DNA of 62,869 nucleotides, filler included, from Sphacelaria rigidula (taxonomy: Eukaryota), in NCBI GenBank assembly GCA_964200075.2. It is 9 parts of 9 records of this genome, joined end to end, with 100 filler letters (N's around TTAATTAATTAA, not from the genome) between each part and the next. Parts side by side here need not be neighbours in the genome. Positions count along the whole stretch, not along the records: positions 48,978 to 55,873 come from CAXNAA020017533.1; positions 55,974 to 62,869 come from CAXNAA020017534.1; 7 more parts are not named here. One strand, given 5' to 3'. The notes beneath the pieces were generated by a model. That model searched no databases and was not told the origin of the DNA. It saw nothing but the letters and a program-made list of their open reading frames with translations. The position numbers and the translations under genes are program-made. This document shows positions 50,691 through 62,869 of the stretch, piece by piece (position 1 is the stretch's first letter; every line of letters starts with the position of its first letter).

Positions 50691-53600
50691 ATGATCGGCG
50701 GGAGCAAGGAAAGCCATCGAGGACGGTGGGAGTATTCCTCTGCGATGCTTCTTGTACTATTAATAATACAGTTGCTGGCTTCGTGCAGGTTGGCACAAGG
50801 TTTTCAAGTAGTGGACGAGAATGGTTCGATCGAAGCTTTTCTGCCCTACACACAAGGCTTTGTGGGAAGGTGAGAAGTAGAAGGATGAAATATATGTACC
50901 GTCTAGCTCTATGTGTCCTGATCATAACACGGCGTAAGGTGTTTATTTGCAAGCAAGGCACCAGTAATGGACACAAGGAATCCAGCGTTCACGATGTCCA
51001 AGAAGACGGCGATGTGTGACGAAGAACTGTGCTAAACGAGCTTAGTATGCGATATGCTAATCCCCATCGTTATCTGTCTTACCGCAGGCGTGACAGACTA
51101 CTTGGCATCGCAGCCTCTAGGAGGCCACAACGCGCACAAGCGTGTCGAAGGCGTAGATAGAGCAGTTGTGTTCCGTCAGGCACTGTCTTGCTACACACCT
51201 AAGGCACAGCACTTATTTTGTGTAAAACTCTCCCTCCAATGCAGTGAATTCCAATGTAGTGAATTTTTCTCGAAATCAATGGCGAAGTTCATACGCTGGA
51301 AGACATCATTTTCGAACATCAGTATAGCAAGAGACAGCATTATCAACTTGTCTCCAATGCATGGTCTACAAGTACCTTGGAGTACTCCTTGATGTGAACA
51401 CAGCGACATGTGGATCATTACCGGGCTGACAGTCCCGAGGACTCACCGGTGTGTGCAGCACCCGTTTCGGCTCGAGTCGGCGCCGAATTTTCAGCTTTGC
51501 AAGGATGGACTTTACCTAGGGCATGCTTCGTGTCTTCTCGCCCCAAGCTTTCGGGTTCGCCTTAGTTAGGGTTTGGGTCAGGGTTCACATACCGTTAATG
51601 CTGGGAGATTTCGATTTATCAAGTACGCCGTCGCACGTCGGTGGTCTAGCTGGCTAGCTGGTATATACTGAAGCTGCTTAGGCGCAGTTGACGGTTCGAA
51701 TCTCATCGTCTTACAATACTGTGCAACCTCCATCTGCGGGGTATCATGTCCGTCTGGGACATCTATCTGTGACACCAACGTCTATCTCGCATGTCCATTT
51801 GAGATATCAGATTCACGTGAGATGTCCGTTGGAGATCTGAAAATTCGTCTGGGATATGGGCATGCCACTTGGATGTCTCAGATAGACATCCAAAAATACT
51901 ATCCATATCCCAAAGGACATCCCAGATGGATTCGATATCTTAAACGGGTATGCAAAATGGGTATTAATGTGCCAGATGGATATCCCAGATGGACACGATG
52001 TCCCAGACATACATCCCAGATGGATACGATATCCCAGATGGAAGTTGAACGCCAGTACAAGGCTCCTTCGAATAATGTGTGAGGACGTGAGCAGCAAAAC
52101 GAAATTTGACACAGTCGACGCGTTTCGGGAGTGGTGATCGGTACCAAAGTGTCGCACATGCACCATGGGAATCATGGGTTGATCACTTGAGACTATGAAA
52201 TCGTCCAGAGGAAGGGCAGGGGTTGGAAGCGTGACGAGAAAACAATTGCGTCGGCCCTGGATTTCAGGGTAAGAACTCGTGTAAACCTGCTTCCATCATT
52301 AGTACCGCCGGTACCTCATGTCAGCCTCTGCCTGATATCGATGTTCCCCCTAGCGAAGGGCAACGCGACGACTTCGCGTCCAGCTTATATTTTCACGAGT
52401 ATTTCGTTCTCAAAATATCATCAATCACCAATTTTAAGCCATGTAAGTACTTTCGAGTTTTCCATGTACCAAGTATCGAGACTACTATAGCGATTACAAG
52501 AATATCCCTACCCCCCTTGATTGTCTTGGCAGGTACGGCGACCCAGTGACTACTTACATTGGCGATCGGGTCAACGAGGGTGCTCCTGGAACGCCCACAT
52601 ATCCTAGGCTGTACGAAGGAGTGCACCCACGCCGTGAGTTTTACTGTTTTGCTCTGAGTTGCTTTAGGCTATGCTGTACATCGCTACACCATTGTCGTGT
52701 AGGCTCGTACAGGCCCTTCTTATTTCACCTGGTCGACACGTAAACTGCTTGTTGTGTCATAGTTGGCGGACATTTGCCCGACCCTTTCGAGTGAAGCTTA
52801 GTTTCAATCTGATAATTTTATATACAGCCTCTATCACGACCTGGACCATATTCAGAAGCCTCCCGCCCCCCTCTCCGCTTTAGTCCCACTGATTTCCCTT
52901 GTATCCGTTGTTCGGATGCAGAGATATGTCCGGGAATGGTGGGCCCAGTAGAGGATGGACAGTACTACTGTCTCAGCAAGGAGCACGGCTACTGCGATCG
53001 TCGATCTGGCACGTGTTTCTGCAGTGTTGGATATCAAGGCATCGCTTGTCAGGAGTGTTCGAGCACCCACTACGCACAGGGCGGGTTATGTTACCCCAAG
53101 CTGGTGCGAATGCGTAAAGAAACTTGGTCTTCGCCAATATTAGTGGCATCCATGAACGTTTCCTCGCATGTGATTGATAGGGTACTCCTCCAGTGCTTTC
53201 ATCTGGAGCTCATCTTGCTGCAATCATCACGCCGCCGATGGTTTCGACACCTTCCGTAGTCGTTCAAAATATCATATTAAATATGTCCGGTGTTTCGTTT
53301 ATTGAACGTAAAAATCTGCCGTGACAAGAGCTCTGGATGGCACATCAGACGGCTGTCGCCATCAGCGTGCAAATTTTTGACCAGATACACAGTAGGGTAC
53401 TCGTGAAATATCTATGTAGCCTCGTTGTTGATTATTAAGTACTTACCAGTAGTACAGCGCATCATTCGCTTAACCCACCTCTGCATACCCTCGGCAAGGA
53501 CTGAGGTCCCAACGTCAAGTTAGGAATATGTGCATGAAAGCTTGGCCCACGTTTGTGTCACGCTTGCACCACGTAGAGCACCTAACGTTCATCCTGTTTC

Positions 53601-55654
53601 TGCAACACCCCTGTCACTTGCAACGCGGCCGGAAATCCCAACCCCGTGCACCCACCCACCACAACAGCTGTGCCCCAACGACTGCAGTGGAGCCGGGACG
53701 TGTCATTTTTCTAATGGCACGTGCTCTTGTCTCGGCCACCGAGTGGGAGACGACTGCTCGTCACCTTACTGCTCTGCCATGTTCGATTCTCGGTGCATGG
53801 AGTGCACGTTCGATCAGTGCACGTCTTGCGTCAGCGGCTTCTACGTGGACAACGAGGGAGAAGGCTTTGAGTGTCTATCTTGCACTCGCCACGACCCACG
53901 ATGCACAAGGTATTCTTTCAAGGACGAGGCACGTTCAGACCTAATGTATACCATGGTAGGGGGTGAGTGTGTGCTGTGACCTGCATCAAAGATTGGACAC
54001 CAAAAACGAGGTTCAAAATTTCGACAATTTCGTACTCAGCAGAAACTAGTCAAGGTTGGGCAGGCTCACTTACCGGTTAAGTTATCGGAACCAACCCTGC
54101 GCGAACCTGAAACAGATGCGACGCCGAGGCTTGTAAAGAGTGCACAGACCCGCTTCTGCTCTCCATTCGACGCTCGGGTGCGCGGCAGGATGACCCAGAC
54201 CTTCCTTTCGACGAATGGGAGCGACAATTGCCCCACTCTCTGCCTTTCGGCACCCAGGACCCTCGATATTTTGCATCCGCCGAAATTTTCGACGTGGTGA
54301 GGTATTTTTGCACTCACTAGGGGAAGAGCGACATTTATCGGAGATACTTTTGTTTCTACAATAGTAGACTTTATGGGGCGCTTTGGGACAGCTTTAACCG
54401 AGTGACGATAGAAACTTGGGATTGAAGCTTCCCTCAGATAGCATATATGATGTATTATCCGGCGCGCAATGCTTCATATCATCCAACGCGTTGGCTATCT
54501 TTTTGCTCGGCTAGCGCGCAGCTCAGGCTCCCGCTCACCGTGGTGCCCTCGATATGGTAGTGTTTCAATAGGCAGCGCACGTGCGCGTTGAATAATATTT
54601 CAGGGATCTATGGCTGTATCTTGCTCCCATGCGCTATTCATTTCCTTGCGACAGGTCGCAAACGCTTCTGCTCCTTTGAATGCAAGTAGCATGGCGTGCT
54701 TTCAGGGATTGACAGGAGACAACTCCTGGACGTGCGAGGACAAGGCAACCAGCCACCTCGTAAGCGGAAGTTGTCCAATATCAGAACGCAATGCACGAGA
54801 CAAGAGTTGCCAAAGTACCACGTTAGCCCACCCCCAAGCATTTTTCTTTTGTGAAGCGTTATCGCTGTGCAGGGCAACGAGCTGTTTGCAGGACGTTCTA
54901 GGATAGATGATAGCCAACGAGACATTGGGGAAATCCATGATATATTCCAAGAGGATCAACTCTGTGCTCTGGGGGGATGGCTTTTTGTTTTCCTTCGCAC
55001 TTTGAACCCCTCCCTTTCCTCGGAATGAGTCCGTGGTCTCAAGAGATCAGCCCATCTCTCCCCCGGTACGCGCCTTACATTTTGATCTCGCGAATTGGGT
55101 CAGCACTCCCGCACCGCGTCAACTCACGTCACTCAAACCCACTCGACTACTTTGTCCACTCACGTTCTCACGCTTTCCACGATGGAAAACATGCATTAAG
55201 AAGAAAAACCCAACGGCTCGGGAATCTAACCCTCGTTCTCTCCACCCTAATGGCTGATGATTTGTCATCATTTTCCGAGGGCTCTCATACGAATATCACT
55301 CGTTGTCCGCGGTATTTTTCTCGGGTTCAAGAAAAACACGGCAGATATATCACCTGTCGATACAGCACAATTCCCTGCTTAGCCGAATGTATTGTGAACT
55401 ACCGAACCGCACTGAATGCCTGGACAGGTATGCGGAAACCCTGGGACACTATCCTTCTCATCTCCGGAGTACGTAGCGTTCGAAGATCCAGGGATTTCTG
55501 TCAACGGGTATACGCGTTTCAACGGAAACGGGACTGTTCGGATAACCCTTGAGCGGACGGGCGGGGGCCATGGTACCGTGGGGGTGATATATCGCTTGCG
55601 GCACGGCAGCACCGATGGGTCGGACGTTACAGCTCACGTGCACTACACCAGCAG
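50691..55654 (+). CDS. Secreted EGF-like/Cys-rich plus Calx-beta domain protein, 5' part (exons 50691-50869, 52533-52633, 52922-53103, 53668-53909, 54116-54296, 54655-54759, 55428-55654)
   Basis: Hydrophobic signal MLLVLLIIQLLASCRLAQG. EGF-like HGYCDRRSGTCFCSVGYQGIAC and CPNDCSGAGTCHFSNGTCSCLGHRVGDDC. CxxC-rich repeats. Calx-beta-like GTLSFSSPEY...GTVRITLERTGGGHGTVGVIY. All junctions are GT-AG with compatible phases. Confidence 0.8.
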
Positions 55655-55793
55655 GTGACGTACGCCGTTTTTGTTTGGATTCGCTGAAATTTCTCTTCAA
55701 GATATATCATTCTCAACTTGACTCTCTCCTACGAGCTGGAAATGCGCAGTTGAATCCATGGTATACCTTGTGTGACCGACACTCACTATGATA

Positions 55794-55827
<34 letters not shown>

Positions 55828-56822
55828 CGCCCCCAACATTCGCCCCCCCCCCTCCCACAAAAAAGCAGACACANNNNNNNNNNNNNNNNNNNNNNNNNNN
55901 NNNNNNNNNNNNNNNNNTTAATTAATTAANNNNNNNNNNNNNNNNNNNNNNNNNNNNNNNNNNNNNNNNNNNNGAGGTCAATGGTCATATGACTATGGCA
56001 TGCATGATCATGAGTACCCCCCCCCCCCCCACTCCCTCCCGCACATTCCGGAACCTCGTCATCGCTTCAGTCGGCATGGCGTGCATCGTATATATATATA
56101 TATATACATGTGAATAGGCGGAAGTTAGCATATGTTCTGCACGAATCGAATTAAACTGGTGCGGTGTGCTTTGCATTTCATCCAACAAGTAATTCTCTCT
56201 ATTTATACTGCAGCATTCATGTGTGACATTTCATGCCAAGATAGCGAAACTACCACATTATACCCCACGACACTTTCCTTCTTCTCGTTCTTTCTCTTAT
56301 TTTTTTTATTTTCTTCTCTGACGGCCTTCTTATTGAAAGTCATTTTGCAGAGGCCGATCATTTCTCGGTCATTCTCTACAAACTACATTGATACATCGGA
56401 ACCGGTTGTGCGTGTCCTCGTTCTCCTGCTCATTCATTGCCGTCTCGTTCCGTGACGTTCCGTGATGTTACGTTACGTTTCATGACGCTACGTGACGTTA
56501 TGCTACGTTCCATCATTTTTTTTTCTATTTCTCTATTTTGTTTTGTTTGCCTCTCGTTTATGTTCAGCTGACTCAGTTAGTTCCATCTTTCCTGCCGTGT
56601 GTTTCTGTCTTCCTCGAGGCTCCCTTATCGGCTGTTCCTTGCTATTCACCTCGGGGGACTCTAACTTGTGACCACAACAGGATCCGTCGGCGATTAATTC
56701 TTTTTCGACAGTCAATCAAAGCGCGCAATCGACTAATCAGCAACATGCATGTACCTCTGTGATCATCATCGTTCCACGTGCACGCCTAGCTACAACTCGT
56801 AATACAAAAACTAATATTCCAG

Positions 56823-58032
56823 GGAGCGTGGAAGCAGTACGGATGCTATTGGCTGCCGGAAACGTCGCCGTGAACGCTCGGGACGACCAATCAAGCACAC
56901 CCCTTCACAATGCTTGCAAGAGGGGCGCGATCGAAACCATCAGAGTCTTGGTCGCCGCGGGCGCGGACGTCAACGCTTTGGATGCGCAAAAGCGCTCACC
57001 TGCCGACGTGATAGGAAGCATGCAATACGTAAAGCATGACGTGTTCAAGGCTATCAAGACTGTCTTGAACAACGCCTCCGGCGTATTTCGGGAACAAGCA
57101 GCCGAACTGAGACGAGTACGTTGCGTTGACGGCTTACTTATGACCATCCTCTGAACCTATAGGTATCGAGGTTGACTATTTGGCTGAAGTAGGTCGTGCT
57201 CATAGTACGCATTGTCTTAGGTGGCGGACGTGTGGGTGTGCGGTAGAAAGTACAGGCGTGAAATCCCTGGTGCAGGTCACTGCGCCTGCCACTAGCCTTG
57301 ACATCACGTTCCACTTTCGAGTTCGCTGATTCTCAGTATTGAGGGACGCTACGGTAGGGGTGCACAAATATTTTCTGATGTTCGAACTGTTAGGAGTCCT
57401 TCATCTCATTCAAAAGACGACTCATGAAATATGTGAGAGTACGCAAGGGTTTACTATTCTCATGTGCTAGGGATGATCCGAATAGATCTGCGAACGGGGG
57501 TGCCCAGACCCATGTTCTCGTGCATCTAGAACCTTTTTTAGTAGCCCCTGAACCAGACAAGATTTTGCGCATAAAAGTGCAACCCTACCGTAGCATTGCT
57601 CTATTGCCGTTGCGTTCATTGGGCTCTCGGAACAAGAAGAAAAAAAAGGGTAGGCTTCGGGACATTGCTGACGCGTGTTCCTGGCATTGCTGATTCGACG
57701 CCTATTGCAAGACTACAGTCAAAGTCAGCAGCCTCACATGCTGACTGATCAACCGACGTCCTAGATGTGGTACGACTTTATGTTGTTGTTGTGCATTGGT
57801 GCGAACGCCATGTCCGTTCAACTCTGTCTTCGTGCTCCGATGTGGTTGCCGTGAACAATGCAGAACCTTTTATTTTACTTTATTTTATTTTTGAGGGGTG
57901 TGCTGTGCTGTGCTATGCTGTGGCTTGATTTCCCAGGATAAAGATGTATTGACGGAGGCCCTGACTCGTGCGCAGACGCGGATCTATGAAATGGAGGACG
58001 GATTGGACACGAGCCATGGGGAGATTGCACAG
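56823..58032 (+). CDS. Internal exons of an ankyrin-repeat plus coiled-coil protein (56823-57115 and 57937-58032)
   Basis: GSVEAVRMLLAAGNVAVNARDDQSSTPLHNACKRGAIETIRVLVAAGADVNALD matches the ankyrin consensus. Splice sites CAG|, CGA|GTACGT, CAG|GAT and CAG|GTGGAG. The second exon is coiled-coil-like. Confidence 0.75.
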
Positions 58033-58449
58033 GTGGAGTTCTGCCGGAAACCTACCGTCAATCTCAACGTCCAAAAGGGCGGGCGATTTTGCATTCTCAA
58101 GCTTCCGGCCCTTTGTACCGATGTTTCGTGTTTCTGTGCATCGATAGCTGCTGCACGAACTTCACCTCTGAATACACATTGCATATCAAGCCACGTGCAG
58201 CCGCTTCACGAACACGCCTGCGAGGAGAGCCGCCACAGACAATATTTTCGCGATAGAATACTTGATGTTAGCAGTGTTCCATAGGTGAGTGAGTGATCCT
58301 GCGATTGTGTGGTAGTAGGGCGCGTTCTTATCCACTTTTTTCCGCAAAGGAGTCAAACCAGTGTCGCTGGAAGAAGCCAAATTTTAGCTTCAATCTCGGT
58401 AATGAGGTTTTTTACACACGTGTTCACGCTACCCAGCAAGAGTTTTTAG

Positions 58450-61400
58450 CCTCATACGAGGGCACAGTAAGTGTGTGAGGCAGGTGCATGTAGTACATCC
58501 GTGAACCGCATTGTTTTATCATCAGTCAAACAGCCCTCCCCCCCGGATGGACTACATTCCGCCGCAATACTTACAACGAACAAGCTGGAGATACTCTCGA
58601 AAGATATCGAGAGAGAGAGAGAGAGGGAGAGAGATCGTAAGGAAGGGTGGGTGGAGAAGTAGAGAGTGGACTGGTGAAGTACTGATAGTGCTGGCATCTG
58701 AATTCCGTTGGGACACGACGACAATAGAGTGTGGAATGAAGTGCGAGGACCTAGGACTAATATTGTTTGGCAAAAGGAGAAGTAGAAAGGGGGTGGGAGC
58801 ACTTCCCAGTCACACTGACCAAAACATAGCGCGAGCAAGAAGTGGAAGGGGATAGAGACAAGTAAGGTGTCGGCATGGCTTAGAAGGGTAGGATCCAGAA
58901 TATGCATAGCCCATGAAACAGCAAACCTAAGACACAGTCCGCGGATAAACGGAGGAAAGGAAAAGCAGAGACGAGTAAATGCCCGGGAGGGAAAGGGGGG
59001 GAAATAGCGGCCCAAAGCGAACAGACAACGAACAAAGCGGAAATGGGAAGAAAATCAAGCAAGAGATACAATAACAATCAAAACAACGGAGAGACAATAG
59101 TTGACGATAGGAGATTGAATAATGATTCGATAAGGAGATTGAGAACAGGATCGTGGAGCGCGTGTGGATTCGCCACGGACGAGCGCAAAAGAGTAGAGAT
59201 TGCCGAAGACGCAAGTAAGCGTCACGTAGATATGACACTTTCTACGATAGCTCCTCCCCCCCCCCCAAAGTGCATAGCTTTGAGAGGCAAAATCTTCACG
59301 CAAATCAAAATAGGAAAAGCCGAGCACAACGAGCAGCTGGAAATCCCCACGCTTGGGTTCGTTCTCGCCAATGTCGCCATGTGAGGCGCTTCATCCAGCC
59401 TGAACCCAGACATCAGGCGCTGTATGGCCATTTTTTCCGTGACACTTTTGAGCTAGTTTTGGGAGGGGGCTATCGTAGAAAGACTCATATAGTGAGAATC
59501 TACCAGTTATGAGAGAAAGGGAAGGCGGAAATAGGATGCAAAGATGGAGGATACGCATGGATAGGGAAAAGGGGAAGGGATAGAACCCCAAGAGCAGGGG
59601 AGTGTGGGGGGATAAGATTCCTAGTAAAGGAATACCTGTGTGAAATCATAGAAGTGATCAAAGACACGAAATTCGACGAGAGAATATGGATAAGGATACC
59701 ATGGCAGCGGGGAATGAAAGGATTTTTCGTAGGGAACATCTATATGCCCCCAGAACCGAAGCATACGGTAAAAAATATACAGGGGAAGTTTGGAGAGATA
59801 ACAGTACATGTACAGGAGTATTATAGCAGGCGAGGAAAAGTAGTGCAAGTGGGAGGTTTTCAAGCAAGGGTTGGGAAAGCAAGTCAAGCGGGTGATGTCA
59901 TTGGGCAATACGGGAAAGAGAAGAAGAATACGAATGGGGTAGATATGCTGAAGCTCCTTGAGAATCACAAGATGAATACGCTGAACGATAGAGCACAAAA
60001 GCCAAAGACGCAACGGACATGGACTAGAAAATGCGAAGACGAAAGAAAACGCTGCCTTTTTGATTATATAGTGGTGGAGCATGGAAGCAGTAAGGAAATG
60101 GAAGTACATGTATGCGCAGAGGGCGTGGAGACTACAGATCATTGCTCAACATGGACAGAAAGCCAATAAACGAGAGCTCAAAGAAATAGGCGGGATAGGA
60201 ACTCGTACAAATGAAGGATAGATAGACTAGAAATGGAAGAAAAATTTCAAGAGTTCCAAGAAGAGATGAGCAAAAATGCAGTGAAATTCTCCGAGCTGTT
60301 GGAAAGCGTGGGTACAGTTCATATCGAAATGGGAAGAAATCGGGCAGGAGCGAAGATTATAGAAGGGTGGGAGCAATTGGTCAACACCACAGCAAGTAAC
60401 GTTATAGGGAAGAAACTGACAGTATGCAACAGAGCAGTAAAATGGTGGAATGAGGAAGAAAACTAGACTATAAGAGTAAGTAGAGAGGCCCATGCGATAC
60501 GGATATCGAGTAAAACTACGGCAGCAGGGGAAGAGTATACTAAAGCTCGAAAGAAAGTAAATAAGGTGGTACAGCAGAAAAAGAAGGAACTATCGGAAGA
60601 TGTAGTGGAAAAAACAAATGGCGATTTCGATGGCAGGATGAAGCAAATGTGGATAGGGATCATGGGATAGTAGGACGTCGGCAAGAAAAAATAGACAGCG
60701 GGATAGCCACACTACGGGCACAGAGCAGTGAAATGGTCATCAGTTCGAAGGAGAAAAGAGAGGTACTAGCAGAAATCTGCAGAAAACTGGGGACACCAAC
60801 AAGTAAAAGGGTATTTGACATTGAATTCGAAAAAGAAAATAACGCGTGGGTAAAGGCAAATGTAGAGGCATCCAAACAGGAAGATGCTGGCTCATAATAC
60901 TTGCAGAGAAATTCGTGCGAGAAAAATGTGAAGGAATGTGTAGCTGAACTCGAGAACAGAAAGGCAGCAGGGGCAGACGAACTAGTGAACGAATATCTAG
61001 AGTACGGGGAAAGGAAATGATTTTCGTGATCGATATGCTGTATAATTGGATTCGGGAAAACAAGTACACACCCAAGAGGTGAAAAAAAGGAGTAGTAGAC
61101 ACCTTTTCAAGAAAGGAGACAAGACTGACCCACGGAATTGTGGAGGGAAATCGTTTCTGAGCACCGTAGGAAAGAAATTCTGTGAGATTCTGAACGATAG
61201 AGTGGGAACCATGCTATAGAAAGAAGAAAACATCAGCGAGCGACGAGCAGGATTCAGACCAAAACGTAGACCATGTGTAGACATCAGGCAAGATTATTCA
61301 AGTAGGAAAGGCGCCGAGTTAACAACGTACTGTTTCTTTCTAGACGTACAGAACGTCTATAACACACTATGGCGACATGGACTTTGGAAACATTGTGGGA

Positions 61401-62808
61401 AACTGACACTAGAGAAAATGTGGAGAATGGTGAGGAAGATGACAGAATGTGCCAAAGTGCTACGATGCTAGACGGGGAAATATCGATATATATATATATT
61501 ACAAGGAGTTGCACAAGGATGTAGGATATCACCCACTTTATTGAAGGTATTGATGAATGACTTGATGCGAGCAATAGAAGCAGCAAAGCATGGGGTTGTG
61601 GTGGGGAGAGATGCGGTATCAGGATTAATGTTAGCGGATAATTTCATGGCGATATCAGAAACACCAGAAGGACTGCAGAAGCAGAGAGATACGGCGCTGG
61701 AATACACTAGGAAATGGAGAGTGACGGTGAACGACCAATGCGCGGCACTTGTATCTAGTGAAGATGAAGCGGACTCGATGTAGTTCAAATGAAAGTGGGG
61801 AGAAGAGGAGTTGCTGATTGTAGACCCGTATGCATACCTCGGCGTAGAGATATAAAACATTGTCCTTGGAGCGCACACACAAGTAGATTAATGGAAAAGG
61901 ATAAGGCACAGATGGATAAGGTGGGCGTGACCTTAAGAGACTCGCACATAGAAACTAGTTTTAATAAATGTATTCTGACGAATGTGGTTGTACCAAACCT
62001 GGAAGATGCAGGAGAATTATGGGAGGAGAACGCCGAGTTGGTGAGTTGGAAACAGTACAGATGGCAGTAGCTGAGAAAATATTTGGATGCTCAACAACGA
62101 CGAGTAATACAGCATTGACAGCAGAGTTAGGAACGTGCTCACTTAAAACAAACAGAGGCATGAGAAACGTTTGATGGCAATATAGCCTAAAGGAGCATGC
62201 AGAGAAATGAATTGCCAGCCATAGTTGCTTGGATTGTAGGGGAAAGCGACCAAAGGGCAGGCCGGAATAAGGTGAAATAGCGTAGTCGAGGAAGTATGGA
62301 AGGAATTAGGAGGGACCCAACACGAGATAATGTCGACAGGTGACTGCGGGGGGTACAAGACAAAAGTAAGAGATATTAGAGAAATAAGGGGGAAATAAAC
62401 GCTCAAGATCGAAAGTAGACGCGGAAGAGCACGTGAAGATATTCGACGGGTTGGAAGAGGGGATAGGGGTGAAGCCATATCTGCATGGTCCAATGGACTC
62501 CTCGAAAAAATCGAAGGTTCGATTTCGGGTTGGGCACCTGGACCTGCCGAGAAAGAAGAAATACATACACCAGTAGTCGCGTGCAGGAGGAAGTAGATGC
62601 CCAGAATTACCCCTGTGGCAAGGCAATAGAGAGTAGAACTCATACAGTGGCAAAATTTGAACTATACAAGGAGGAGCAGGACGTGCAGGAGGGGGATATG
62701 TGGGAGGTAAACAGGGGTAGAACACAATCGAGAACACGATGACTATACTAGGAGATAAATGGCGACCACAGACGGCGAAACAGGACGGGGATAGGATGTA
62801 ACAACAAA
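58450..62808 (+). mobile_element. Degenerate LINE (APE endonuclease plus RT), many stops and frameshifts
   Basis: Endonuclease remnants LRTGSWSACG, VGNIYMPP, GGFQARVG, TWTR, FDYIVV and TDH. RT remnants KAAGAD, FKKGDKTDPRN, AGFRPKR, FLDVQNVYN, GVAQGCRISPTL and LADN. An unrelated insert of ~260 bp lies at ~59225-59483, part of it similar to 14020-14112. The 5' boundary is approximate. Confidence 0.85.
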
Positions 62809-62869
62809 TTGTGCGAATTGAGGTTTAACTCCGAGATGAGGTTCAAGCCTGAAACAGTGCTTTCCCCAC

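Noticed and set aside
51088-51180. Possible extra exon GVTDYLASQPLGGHNAHKRVEG of the EGF/Calx-beta gene
   Set aside because: Its phase is incompatible with the flanking GT-AG exons, and exon 1 splices cleanly to 52533 without it.
55654-57115. Ankyrin exon as a continuation of the EGF/Calx-beta gene
   Set aside because: The two are on different contigs separated by an artificial spacer.

Overview
Eukaryotic, intron-rich, repeat-rich DNA, most likely from a brown alga. This is inferred from a ferredoxin-NADP+ reductase with a bipartite ASAFAP-type plastid presequence and from the short-exon, long-intron gene structure. The window is not one locus. It is nine contigs of 6,897 or 6,896 bp joined by identical 100-nt N spacers containing TTAATTAATTAA, so adjacency across spacers means nothing. 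Recognisable partial genes are plastid FNR (petH), eIF2-gamma, a DUF1997-like protein, an EF-hand protein, a secreted EGF-like/Calx-beta protein and an ankyrin/coiled-coil protein. Mobile DNA includes a decayed Ty3/gypsy element, a copia RT fragment, a decayed LINE, tRNA-derived SINEs and several MITE/foldback families. The highlight is a complete 4-exon gene (minus strand, 20013-16078, about 436 aa) that the ORF track splits and partly misses. It fuses an MLKL-like four-helix-bundle N-terminal domain to three GRF zinc fingers encoded on repeated phase-0 exon modules. It is a candidate nucleic-acid-sensing cell-death/immune protein. All domain calls come from reading the sequence by eye, with no database search.
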